Positions 10,101-17,338 of a stretch of DNA of 20,000 nucleotides are shown here, piece by piece. Location of the stretch: IMG/VR virus record IMGVR_UViG_3300042349_000638. One strand, written 5' to 3'. Positions within the stretch are counted from its first letter, which is position 1; each line of letters begins with the position of its first letter. This DNA is from an uncultured virus (IMG/VR IMGVR_UViG_3300042349_000638) (taxonomy: Duplodnaviria > Heunggongvirae > Uroviricota > Caudoviricetes). Below the pieces are notes generated by a model. The model was not told where the DNA came from and searched no databases. It saw nothing but the letters and a program-made list of their open reading frames with translations. A program made the position numbers and the translations under genes.

Positions 10101-11888
10101 AAGTTCTCTAAAGGTATTTTTCTCTACCTTAGTTCCAGAGAATATAGCAAGACCTGAAGTTGGAGGATTGACTCCAGTTTCTTCTGCAGCACCTGTGATT
10201 GCAGAGAAAGATCCAGATCCAAGTTCTCTAAAGGTATTCTTTTCTACCTTAGTACCAGAGAATATAGCAAGACCTGAAGTTGGAGGATTGACTCCTGTTT
10301 CTTCAGCGGCACCTGTGATTGCAGAGAGAGTACCAGATCCAAGTTCTCTAAAGGTATTTTTCTCTACCTTAGTACCAGAGAACTCAGCGGAGCCCTCTGC
10401 TTTATGAATAAATTGAGTTAAGAATTCTGTAACTGCAGATCCAGATACCTGGATAGTTCCATAAGGATATGTTGTTTCATTAAATGGAGGATTTACAGAT
10501 CCATAATCCTCATAAACGACTTGATCCGTAAGTAATCCATAATCATCATAATCTTGAATAACACTTATAACACCATGATCATCGTATCCATCAAATATAA
10601 ATATTGCTCTTTCATTATAAGAATAGGTATTCTTCTCTACTTTAGTACCAGAGAACTCAAAGAGAACTGTAGAATCTGGTGGGTTTGCTCCAACAACTTC
10701 AGCAGCACCTGTAATTGCAGAGAATGATCCAGAACCAATTTCCCTAAAGGAACTCTTCTCTACCTTAGTACCAAAGATTTCAAATAGTAAATTTTGATCT
10801 GGAGGATTGACTCCAGTTTCTTCCGCTGATCCAGAGAAGGTAGAGAAAGATCCAGATCCAAGTTCTCTAAAGGTATTCTTTTCTACCTTAGTACCAGAGA
10901 ATATAGCAAGACCTGAAGTTGGAGGATTGACACCAGCAACCTCAGCAGCACCTGTAATTGCAGAGAATGATCCAGAACCAATTTCCCTAAAGGTATTCTT
11001 TTCAACTTTGATTCCAGAAAACTCAGCAGATCCAGAACCTACATGGATAAATTGAGTTAAGAATTCTGTAACTGCAGATCCAGATACCTGGATAGTTCCA
11101 TAAGGATAGGTTGTCTCATTAAATGGAGAGCTTAAAGTTCCATAGTCTTCATAAACAACTTGATCAGTAAGTAAACCATAATCATCATAATCTTGTACAA
11201 CGTTTATGAAACCATAATCATCGTATCCATCGAAGACAAATATCGCTCTCTCATTATAAGAATAAGTGTTCTTCTCTACTTTAGTACCAGAGAACTCAAA
11301 GAGAACTGTAGAATCTGGTGGGTTTGCTCCAACAACTTCTGCAGATCCAGAGAACGCAGAGAATGATCCAGATCCAATTTCCCTAAAGGAACTCTTCTCT
11401 ACCTTAGTACCAGAAAAATCTCCAGATCCCTCTGCTTTATGAATATAAAGTAATTTTGGTTCATATAATGCAGATCCAGAGAACTCAATAGTTCCGTAAG
11501 GATATGCATCTCCAGTATAGTAAATATAACGATAGTCTAAAGCTTCAGTCTGATTATCTGCAATAGATCCATAATCAATAAAGGATGTTACAGTAGATCC
11601 TATGCTTCCATAGTCATCTGGCGACTGTGAAAGAATTATAGATCTTTCATTATAAGAATATGTCCGTTCTTCTAACGCATTATCAAGATCAAATATGAAT
11701 TTGCGCTGATCTTGATAATCTAAAAGTTCTTGTTGAGGTGTAAGTATAGATCCATAATCTTCTCGTTCTGTATCGGGAGAAGATACTAGACCTAAATTTA
11801 CAGATTCTGTTGAAGATTGTGTTACTAAACCCCAATCTTCTTGAATATAATATTCAGGATATGAAAACGTCTTCAGGTTAAATGTCAT
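7101..11888 (-). CDS. Giant repetitive acidic Ser/Gly-rich protein (1595 aa), probable virion/fibre structural protein
   Basis: Uninterrupted ORF made of about 40-aa repeats (GSGSFSAITGAAExxGVNPPDSTVLFEFSGTKVEKNTFREI) interleaved with five YSYNER...DYG...YP[YF]GT modules; lies in the late gene block. Confidence 0.8.
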   Translation of the reverse strand: MTFNLKTFSYPEYYIQEDWGLVTQSSTESVNLGLVSSPDTEREDYGSILTPQQELLDYQDQRKFIFDLDNALEERTYSYNERSIILSQSPDDYGSIGSTVTSFIDYGSIADNQTEALDYRYIYYTGDAYPYGTIEFSGSALYEPKLLYIHKAEGSGDFSGTKVEKSSFREIGSGSFSAFSGSAEVVGANPPDSTVLFEFSGTKVEKNTYSYNERAIFVFDGYDDYGFINVVQDYDDYGLLTDQVVYEDYGTLSSPFNETTYPYGTIQVSGSAVTEFLTQFIHVGSGSAEFSGIKVEKNTFREIGSGSFSAITGAAEVAGVNPPTSGLAIFSGTKVEKNTFRELGSGSFSTFSGSAEETGVNPPDQNLLFEIFGTKVEKSSFREIGSGSFSAITGAAEVVGANPPDSTVLFEFSGTKVEKNTYSYNERAIFIFDGYDDHGVISVIQDYDDYGLLTDQVVYEDYGSVNPPFNETTYPYGTIQVSGSAVTEFLTQFIHKAEGSAEFSGTKVEKNTFRELGSGTLSAITGAAEETGVNPPTSGLAIFSGTKVEKNTFRELGSGSFSAITGAAEETGVNPPTSGLAIFSGTKVEKNTFRELGSGSFSAITGAAEVAGVNPPDSTVLFEFSGTKVEKNTYSYNERSIILAQTPDDYGSIGSTATVFVDYGFIIDSELTTGVEDYRYIFNTADAYPFGTVEISGSALYEPKLLYVHKAEGSGDFSGTKVEKNTFRELGSGLFSAITGAAEVVGVNPPDSTVVLTFSGTKVEKSSLREIGSGSFSAITGAAEETGVNPPDSTVVLTFSGSASQSFIPSTEIGSGSFSAISGSAESRLVNPPDSTVLFEFSGTKVEKNTYSYNERAIFIFDGYDDHGIISVVQDYDDYGLLSDQVGYEDYGTLSSPFNETTYPYGTIQVSGSITQDVQVYVPYITGSGSVTFSGSAPQSFTPATEIGSGSFSAFSGSAEAIGVNPPDSTVLFNVSGTKVEKNTFREIGSGSATFSGTTIILSTPEWVGSGSAEFSGTKVEKNSFRELGSGTLSAITGAAESALVNPPDSTLLFNVSGTKVEKNTFREIGTGFVTISGSATNLQNRFVEIGSGSSTFSGSSTQSFTPATEIGSGSFSTIGGSAEATGVNPPDSTVLFEFSGSKVEKNTFSEIGSGSAEFSGEGTARKNPGFAGRGSSTFSGSAPQAFIPTAEIGSGSFSAFSGSAEATGVNPPDSTVLFEFSGSKVEKNTFSEIGSGSAEFSGEAIIALEALAIHVGEGSATFSGSAPQSFIPTTEIGSGSFSAFSGSAESTLVNPPDSTVLFEISGSYSNLKATYAHQGTGTLSVTGNAIQKSLPSYKGSGTLSAITGAAESTLINPPDSTVLFQVSGTKVEKNTFRELGSGSFSAIVGSVESIGANPPENTVLFEVSGTKVEKSTFREIGSGSVQVNGDSLNRPVFIYSGSGSATFSGSSTQSFTPATEIGSGSFSAIGGSAEVFGANPPENTVLFEFSGSKVEKNTFREIGSGSILFSGGITQNIQVYVPNITGSGIVSINETAIDKFRPNYKATGTIAIVGNGRESYTPTTEIGGGLIEINGVGVGTYIVYRQPYVFVTII
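7370..11660. repeat. Coding tandem and dispersed DNA repeat array (about 120-126 bp units plus larger modules)
   Basis: A 120-bp tandem period is visible at 10081-10200 / 10201-10320 / 10321-10380. 8161-8282 and 8407-8528 differ at one base. Confidence 0.9.
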
Positions 11889-12238
11889 CGTACTTTACCT
11901 GAAGCTAGATATGGAGATACTATTCTTTCAAGTCCATTTTCTATTTCAAATACTGTACCAAATCCAATCCAGGTCAAAATAATCCCAAAGAAGACTATAG
12001 AATCTTCATTGAGATCTTCTATGCGAATAAAAATTGTAGTAAAGTTGTTTTTAGATGATCCCTTTATCTTAAAAGATTCTGTTTTTCCAGTAGAACAATA
12101 CGAAAAAGAATTTGGAAGAGGTTTATCTTCCTCTTCATCTTCTAAATCATTATCTTTTTTTACGGGAATACTGCCACAATCTATGATTTCTGTTGGCAAA
12201 TCAACTATACTGCCATAATCATCGGGAAAATTTTGCAC
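11885..12238 (-). CDS. Hypothetical protein (117 aa) sharing DYG motifs with the downstream giant protein
   Basis: GTG start with GGAGG SD at 12246-12250; ATGA overlap with the 1595-aa ORF; N-terminal PDDYGSI. Confidence 0.7.
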   Translation of the reverse strand: MQNFPDDYGSIVDLPTEIIDCGSIPVKKDNDLEDEEEDKPLPNSFSYCSTGKTESFKIKGSSKNNFTTIFIRIEDLNEDSIVFFGIILTWIGFGTVFEIENGLERIVSPYLASGKVR

Positions 12239-12255
12239 TCTCTACCCTCCATATG

Positions 12256-12286
12256 AAAATAGGGATTGCCCCCAAGAGCAATCCCC
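12256..12286 (-). terminator. Intrinsic terminator-like hairpin
   Basis: Minus-strand GGGGAUUGCUC-UUGG-GGGCAAUCCCU (11 bp including 2 G-U pairs) followed by AUUUU, just downstream of the 348-aa gene. Confidence 0.7.
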
Positions 12287-12317
12287 AAAAACTAATCATA
12301 TAATCTATAAGTATATA

Positions 12318-13364
12318 TCACTCAAGAGTTACGTTAAGAGTAACTTTAATTTCATCACCAGGGTTCTGAATTCTGTAAGGACCATTTGTAAATCTTTCAG
12401 CGTAGAATACACTATTCAGAAGAGTTGCAGTTCCAGTACCATGAATAGCAGGAGTTGTAAAGAACTCTCTAAGTCCATTTACGCTATGAACAGTATAGGT
12501 AGATGAAGTAATACCCCAGTTTGCGCCAGTGGTTGTTCCTGACTGATTACCTTGAATAAAGATTACATCTCCTGCAGCCAATCCATGGTTTACAGATGTG
12601 CTGACCTTTGAGAAGTTAAATCTAACAGTTGATCCAGTAGCAACCTGAATGTTAGCAAGTAGAGGACTATCAAGATAAACATATCCAGTCGCTCTGTCGA
12701 CTCCAACAACCTGTGCGGTAGTAGCAATACCTACAGTGTTACCAGTAATTGCAAGGTGAGTCATTGCCATTCCGACAGTAACTTCATCAACACCACCACT
12801 ATTGATTTGAACGTAACGGTTTCCAATAACTCCAGTTACATCAGTTTTAGTAATAGCTGTTCCAGTACCAACAGTTGCGGCATCTTGAACACCAAGTAGA
12901 GTAACAGGCATATTATTTGCTCTTGCAAGATAATATCCGTAGATGTAATCTGCGTTTGTATTCAGAGCAACGTCACCACTAAAGGTAAATGTTTGCTCTG
13001 GATATGTTGCAGTCACTGTAGTTCCACCAGTACCAGTTCTTCTAAGAACCCAGCGTGATCCATTTAATAGGATACCATAATTTGATGTATAAGACTGATC
13101 ACTTCTATTGTTTATGCAACTTGGATATCCAGTTACAGGTGCGGTTCCATAACCACATGAAGCAGCAGCTGCACCACCAGCATATGGTTCATAATATTTG
13201 GTTCTGCTTGGTTCATCACCATCAGCAGGTGTAGTATTACTAGAATATAGTTTAAGAATTAAATTTCTTGGAGAAGTCTCAGAAAGGGTTGGCACATGAT
13301 TATTTGCGCCAATCAGATATCTAAGTGATTCTACTTCACCAATAGCTGGTACTAACAGTGCCAT
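12318..13364 (-). CDS. Cyanophage virion structural protein (348 aa)
   Basis: MALLVPAIGEVESLRYL...YGYYLARA...YAERFTNGPYRIQNPGDEIKVTLNVTLE; own late promoter, SD GAGGGAG and a downstream terminator suggest high late expression. Confidence 0.65.
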   Translation of the reverse strand: MALLVPAIGEVESLRYLIGANNHVPTLSETSPRNLILKLYSSNTTPADGDEPSRTKYYEPYAGGAAAASCGYGTAPVTGYPSCINNRSDQSYTSNYGILLNGSRWVLRRTGTGGTTVTATYPEQTFTFSGDVALNTNADYIYGYYLARANNMPVTLLGVQDAATVGTGTAITKTDVTGVIGNRYVQINSGGVDEVTVGMAMTHLAITGNTVGIATTAQVVGVDRATGYVYLDSPLLANIQVATGSTVRFNFSKVSTSVNHGLAAGDVIFIQGNQSGTTTGANWGITSSTYTVHSVNGLREFFTTPAIHGTGTATLLNSVFYAERFTNGPYRIQNPGDEIKVTLNVTLE

Positions 13365-13404
13365 CTAAAAATCTCCCTCGTTGGCTTTCGTGTTTAACTA
13401 AAGT

Positions 13405-13411
13405 TATTTAT
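13405..13411 (-). promoter_or_regulatory. T4-like late promoter ATAAATA
   Basis: GATAAATAACTTTAGT overlapping the stop of the 234-aa gene. Confidence 0.65.
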
Positions 13412-14115
13412 CATAATTTCAATTTAAAGGATATTAGGAATTGCGTAATATCCACAGAATAATTTACCACAAATTTTATAATATCCCCAGATAATATTGT
13501 AGTATTCCATCCAGTTAACGTATCATCAAATCCCTTATTTGTATTAGATATTGTAGGATAATTGCCAGAAACAATCGACGTAAAGGTAGGATAACTGGAA
13601 TAATTTGATTTTTGAATATCAAGTTGAAGATTTCCAGGAGTTTCTGCAAATATCTTCCAAGAATCAATTATACCATTCACATCAACTGTTAATAATCCTT
13701 TTTCACCTGGCGTCATATTTTGATTTCCGCTATCAACAATAAAATTGACAGTTCTAGTCAGATCAGCAGTTGTTACTAAAGCAATTACAAATATATCATC
13801 CGTTACAAGTGGAGGATTTGTAAAAATGATAGAACTTCCAGAAACAACAAAATCTTCTGAAGGTTCTAAGAAATAATTATTTTTCCCAACTAATAGTTGC
13901 TGATCATTGATTGGAGTATATGGTGTTCCATCATCATATAAAGAAAATGTCCTACCAATGCCATTAAATCCTGAAGAAATATCGTCAAGAATAATATTAT
14001 TATACTGTATTGATTTTGACGGAACTTCAAAGTTAACATCAACTCCATATTTTGGAGGAGTTGATACCGTAACTCTTTTCCTATTATGAGAAATGGTTAC
14101 ATCGTATTTTGTCAT
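13411..14115 (-). CDS. Putative baseplate/virion structural protein (234 aa)
   Basis: ILDDISSGFNGIGRTFSL...LEPSEDFVVSGSSIIFTNPP resembles a module recurrent in cyanophage baseplate proteins; ATGA overlap with the upstream gene. Confidence 0.6.
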   Translation of the reverse strand: MTKYDVTISHNRKRVTVSTPPKYGVDVNFEVPSKSIQYNNIILDDISSGFNGIGRTFSLYDDGTPYTPINDQQLLVGKNNYFLEPSEDFVVSGSSIIFTNPPLVTDDIFVIALVTTADLTRTVNFIVDSGNQNMTPGEKGLLTVDVNGIIDSWKIFAETPGNLQLDIQKSNYSSYPTFTSIVSGNYPTISNTNKGFDDTLTGWNTTILSGDIIKFVVNYSVDITQFLISFKLKL

Positions 14116-14447
14116 AGAGTAACTCCTGGATTAACTAAGATATTACCCTGTATTACTCTAGTTTTAAATCCAGTACCAGATGTCAATAAAACGTCATACA
14201 TATGCCTACCTTCTTTTAAGGTCTCAGTCACAGAACTTGCCATTGATACTGTAATTTCACCAGCAATTCTATCCACAAAAGTAACATCAAATGGATAGGA
14301 AGTTGTTGATCTTGGATGTTTTTTTAAAAAACATTCAGCAGTATAATCAGTCAAGTTTAAAGGAGTACCATCATCATTTCTGATGGTAAAATCAACGTCA
14401 AAGTCTGAACCTTGCTCAAGCACTAGATTTATATTAATTGCAGACAT
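14112..14447 (-). CDS. Small virion structural protein (111 aa), Ig-like/baseplate-associated family
   Basis: NLVLEQGSDF...PLNLTDYT...GRHMYDVLL...TRVIQGNILVNPGVT, a pattern seen in multicopy T4-like cyanophage structural genes. Confidence 0.65.
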   Translation of the reverse strand: MSAININLVLEQGSDFDVDFTIRNDDGTPLNLTDYTAECFLKKHPRSTTSYPFDVTFVDRIAGEITVSMASSVTETLKEGRHMYDVLLTSGTGFKTRVIQGNILVNPGVTL

Positions 14448-14473
14448 TAACCTTTTTTACTATTCTTATATCT

Positions 14474-14480
14474 TATTTAT
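14474..14480 (-). promoter_or_regulatory. T4-like late promoter ATAAATA
   Basis: AATAAATAAG immediately after the HNH stop, about 27 nt upstream of the ATG at 14447. Confidence 0.6.
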
Positions 14481-14851
14481 TAAGTAGCATTGTTCCTTCT
14501 GCTGCCATAAGAATACAAATTTTTTGGTTTTTCTGGTTCCATCCATTCTAATATTTTTTGATATCTACCTAGATCAAAAAAATACTGAGAGTTGTACCAT
14601 ACTTCCCATGAAGTGTGTCCTTTGTCATGGTTGCAAGTTCGGCAACAACAGACAACATTTTTAGTTTCATCTGGACCTCCTTTTGATTGAGGAACAACAT
14701 GGTCCAGAGTTAAATTTTCAGTGGAACCACAATATGCACATTCGTGATTCCACCTTTCTTTTATACTTCGCCTCCACATTCGTTTTGCTTCTGATGAACT
14801 TGTAGTTTGAAGATTGTACAAGTACTGTCTCGGAGAAGCGAAGAGTTCCAT
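14480..14851 (-). CDS. HNH endonuclease (123 aa)
   Basis: CAYCG...LTLDHVVPQSKGG...NVVCCCRTCNHDKG: Zn-binding CxxC pairs plus the DH/N/N HNH core. Confidence 0.9.
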   Translation of the reverse strand: MELFASPRQYLYNLQTTSSSEAKRMWRRSIKERWNHECAYCGSTENLTLDHVVPQSKGGPDETKNVVCCCRTCNHDKGHTSWEVWYNSQYFFDLGRYQKILEWMEPEKPKNLYSYGSRRNNAT

Positions 14852-14871
14852 AAGATCTTGCGTCTTATGAG

Positions 14872-14878
14872 TATTTAT
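14872..14878 (-). promoter_or_regulatory. T4-like late promoter ATAAATA upstream of the HNH gene
   Basis: AATAAATACTC about 20 nt upstream of the ATG at 14851. Confidence 0.6.
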
Positions 14879-14885
14879 TTACTTT

Positions 14886-15167
14886 TCAAAATAAAAGAGG
14901 TTCCGATTGTCCTTCGGGTAACCATACTTGCTGCTGAAGATCTATGGGTGGAAGTTCTTCTTTTGCAGAAGGTAAACCTTGCTGTCCTGGAAGTTGCTTA
15001 TCTGTGGTTGATGTTACAGTGATCACTTGATCCATAATGAATTTTTGTTTTCTATAAGATCTTTTATCTGGATCAAATTCAAACATCATTCTAGCATCCA
15101 TTTCTTCACCACAGTGAGCAATCACTCTACCTGTAGTTTTTTCTATTACTACCCAATAATCATACAT
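14886..15167 (-). CDS. Hypothetical protein (about 93 aa)
   Basis: Preferred start [22 protein letters not shown] (ATG at 15167, overlapping the upstream stop) rather than the track start at 15206. Confidence 0.7.
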   Translation of the reverse strand: MYDYWVVIEKTTGRVIAHCGEEMDARMMFEFDPDKRSYRKQKFIMDQVITVTSTTDKQLPGQQGLPSAKEELPPIDLQQQVWLPEGQSEPLLF

Positions 15168-15417
15168 GATGCTGTTTAAGTTCTGGATTTGGTTGAGAAG
15201 GAACAACAGGATTCCTCGATTTGTTTTTAATTACAATAAAAGCATCATTTTGATAGGACACCGTTCCAAATGGTTTTGCCCACTTAGGATTTGCATCTGG
15301 GTTTGTAGCAGTTCCTGTGACTGCTACACCACCAATCTCAACAGAGATTTCATCATTGGCGTCCCATCCAAGTTTTTCAAGGGCAAGAGCAAACTGCCCA
15401 AGCATTCCAGCAGTCAC
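15160..15417 (-). CDS. Hypothetical cyanophage protein (85 aa)
   Basis: GTGA overlap with the petF stop; [16 protein letters not shown]...[10 protein letters not shown]...DAFIVIKN; fills the gap in the operon. Confidence 0.7.
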   Translation of the reverse strand: MTAGMLGQFALALEKLGWDANDEISVEIGGVAVTGTATNPDANPKWAKPFGTVSYQNDAFIVIKNKSRNPVVPSQPNPELKQHHV

Positions 15418-15707
15418 AGATTTTCCTCTTGTTCAGTTAGAATTACACAGTCGCTAGTAGGATATGCTACACAAGTCAGCACCCATCCTTCAGCAATTTG
15501 ATCATCATCTAGGAAAGATTGTTCTTCATTATCCACTGTGCCACTAATCAGTTTACCAGCACAAGCACTACAGGCGCCTGCCTTACAGGATGAAGGGAGG
15601 TCAACACCTGCCTCTTCTGCTGCCTCAAGAATATATTGATCATCGGGACACTGAATAGTGGTTTCAGTACCGTCAGGAGATTGAAGAGTAACGTTGTAAG
15701 TAGTCAT
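15414..15707 (-). CDS. petF: Plant-type [2Fe-2S] ferredoxin
   Basis: [17 protein letters not shown]...QSFLDDDQ...[13 protein letters not shown]-x4-C-x2-C...C ligands. Confidence 0.97.
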   Translation of the reverse strand: MTTYNVTLQSPDGTETTIQCPDDQYILEAAEEAGVDLPSSCKAGACSACAGKLISGTVDNEEQSFLDDDQIAEGWVLTCVAYPTSDCVILTEQEENL

Positions 15708-15715
15708 TTTTAATA

Positions 15716-16375
15716 TCAGTTAGTAGTAGAGTTAATAGATTCCCAATCTTTTTGGAAGATTTCAAGACCTTTATCAGTCAAGACATGCTTGTACATTTCC
15801 CAAAAAACATTAGGTGGGATAGTGGCAACTTGAGCACCTTCATGGAATGCCGTAGAAACTTGATGAGCATTTCTGATAGATGCAGCAAGAACCATAGTTG
15901 GGCATCCATGAATACGATAAACGTTGGCAATGCCAGAGACAAGATCCATTCCACTGAAGGAATTATCATCAAGTCTTCCAACAAAAGGAGAAACATAAGT
16001 TGCTCCTGCTTTTGCAGCTAAGACAGACTGAGCTGCTGAAAAAATAAGAGTTACGTTTGTTGTGATTTGTTCTTTAGATAATTGTCGACAAACTTTTAAA
16101 CCATCTATAGTGCATGGAACTTTAATTGTAACATTGTTTGAAATTTTATGAAGATCATATGCTTGGGTAAGCATATCTTCTACAGTATCTGCAACAACTT
16201 CTGCAGAAATACTTACAAGATCAGGAAACTCAGAGGCAATCTCTTTAATTACTTGATCATATTTTTTTCCACTCCTAGCAACTAAAGTTGGATTTGTGGT
16301 GACTCCATCAATTAATCCTGTATCATATGCTTTGGCAATTTGCACTACATCAGCAGTGTCAAGAAAAATTCTCAT
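15716..16375 (-). CDS. talC: Transaldolase, TalC/FSA family
   Basis: [21 protein letters not shown] (Schiff-base Lys), [32 protein letters not shown]. Confidence 0.95.
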   Translation of the reverse strand: MRIFLDTADVVQIAKAYDTGLIDGVTTNPTLVARSGKKYDQVIKEIASEFPDLVSISAEVVADTVEDMLTQAYDLHKISNNVTIKVPCTIDGLKVCRQLSKEQITTNVTLIFSAAQSVLAAKAGATYVSPFVGRLDDNSFSGMDLVSGIANVYRIHGCPTMVLAASIRNAHQVSTAFHEGAQVATIPPNVFWEMYKHVLTDKGLEIFQKDWESINSTTN

Positions 16376-16397
16376 GTCTAAAACTAAACTCCATCTA

Positions 16398-16426
16398 ATT
16401 ATAACAGAAAAAAGTTAATACGCAAA
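16398..16426 (-). promoter_or_regulatory. Sigma70-type promoter (extended -10) for talC-petF
   Basis: TTGCGT-16 nt-TATAAT with TG-N directly before the -10; GGAG SD-like sequence downstream. Confidence 0.6.
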
Positions 16427-16446
16427 TAAATGTCATGAAATAATGA

Positions 16447-16995
16447 TCAAACTAAAAGACCTTTAAGTAGATGTGTTGCCTCAGAAAACCTATCAACATA
16501 ATGAATGAGTTTTATTTCCTCATTATTCATAAATCCATTATCTAACATTTCATCCTCAATCCAATGCTTCAATGTTCTCCACATTCTACCAACACAAATG
16601 ATTGGTTTTCTATCAATATGATTTACTTGAACTAACTGATAGATCATTGCCATTTCAAGAAGAGTTCCAATGCCACCAGGAGTTACAATAAAAGCATCAC
16701 AATTAGCAAAGGTTTTCAACCTCGAGTAAAATGTTTGATGCTTTTCATATTCCTGAACATAAGGATTTACGTCATCTTCAAATGGAAGATAGATTGCTTC
16801 AGCGACAGAGCAAAGTGAATTTTCTGAGCAGGCACTCATTGCTCCCTTATTAGCTGCTTCCATAGTTCCTGGACCACCCCCAGTAACTACTACCCATCCC
16901 TCAGATGCAATATTTTTTCCAAGTTTTTCTACAGCATTATAAAGACCAGAATCAGGACTTGTTCTTGCCGATCCAAAGATTGCTACTTTTTTCAT
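16447..16995 (-). CDS. LOG family (Lonely Guy / SLOG Rossmann-fold) nucleotide phosphoribohydrolase-like protein
   Basis: VAIFGSAR, VVTGGGPGTMEAANKGA, IYLPFE..NPY, FYSR, and PGGIGTLLE (PGGxGTxxE signature). Confidence 0.9.
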   Translation of the reverse strand: MKKVAIFGSARTSPDSGLYNAVEKLGKNIASEGWVVVTGGGPGTMEAANKGAMSACSENSLCSVAEAIYLPFEDDVNPYVQEYEKHQTFYSRLKTFANCDAFIVTPGGIGTLLEMAMIYQLVQVNHIDRKPIICVGRMWRTLKHWIEDEMLDNGFMNNEEIKLIHYVDRFSEATHLLKGLLV

Positions 16996-16999
16996 AAGA

Positions 17000-17158
17000 T
17001 TAAATTTTATTTTTTACTTTATCATGTTTTTTAGAACATGCATCTCTTGCCCACAATCTAGATAAACTATTCACATAAGAACAAGATTTCTTAGATTTTC
17101 CACAATAAGGGCACTTTTCATCTGGAGGATCACTAATATATCCATCAGGAGTATACAT
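17000..17158 (-). CDS. Small Cys-rich protein (52 aa), possible zinc finger
   Basis: Not in the track. Manual translation: MYTPDGYISDPPDEKCPYCGKSKKSCSYVNSLSRLWARDACSKKHDKVKNKI. Stop lies 4 nt before the LOG ATG; TAAATA at 17184-17189 upstream. Confidence 0.65.
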   Translation of the reverse strand: MYTPDGYISDPPDEKCPYCGKSKKSCSYVNSLSRLWARDACSKKHDKVKNKI

Positions 17159-17186
17159 CCTTTTTCTTTTTTGATTCTCTAATTAT

Positions 17187-17309
17187 TTAAGTTTTCTTAT
17201 GTTCATTTTGATTTTTCTTATTATAAGACACTTTAACAGGTCTATAAAGTTGTGGCCAAGTGTCTCTAATAATCTCAGCAAGTTTATAAGGTGTTTCTGA
17301 ACTAATCAT
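17187..17309 (-). CDS. Small hypothetical protein (40 aa)
   Basis: Not in the track. MISSETPYKLAEIIRDTWPQLYRPVKVSYNKKNQNEHKKT; the LAEIIRDTWPQLYRP stretch resembles small cyanophage ORFs as recalled, not verified by search. Confidence 0.6.
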   Translation of the reverse strand: MISSETPYKLAEIIRDTWPQLYRPVKVSYNKKNQNEHKKT

Positions 17310-17310
17310 T

Positions 17311-17332
17311 AAAAAAGGGAGGTCTCCCTCCC
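17311..17332 (-). terminator. Intrinsic terminator of psbD
   Basis: GGGAGG-GAGA-CCTCCC followed by T6, 6 nt after the psbD stop. Confidence 0.85.
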
Positions 17333-17338
17333 AGTATA

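Noticed and set aside
7403..11055. Many plus-strand and alternative-frame ORFs within the 1595-aa gene
   Set aside because: Shadow ORFs produced by the repeat and codon bias of the real gene; no independent start signals.
7370..11660. CRISPR-like array
   Set aside because: Repeats are in-frame coding units with synonymous variation and no unique spacers or cas genes.
7370..11660. High density of GATC/GGATC sites as a methylation-related signal
   Set aside because: Explained by Gly-Ser codons (GGA TCT) in the repeats; nothing links it to the MTase specificity.
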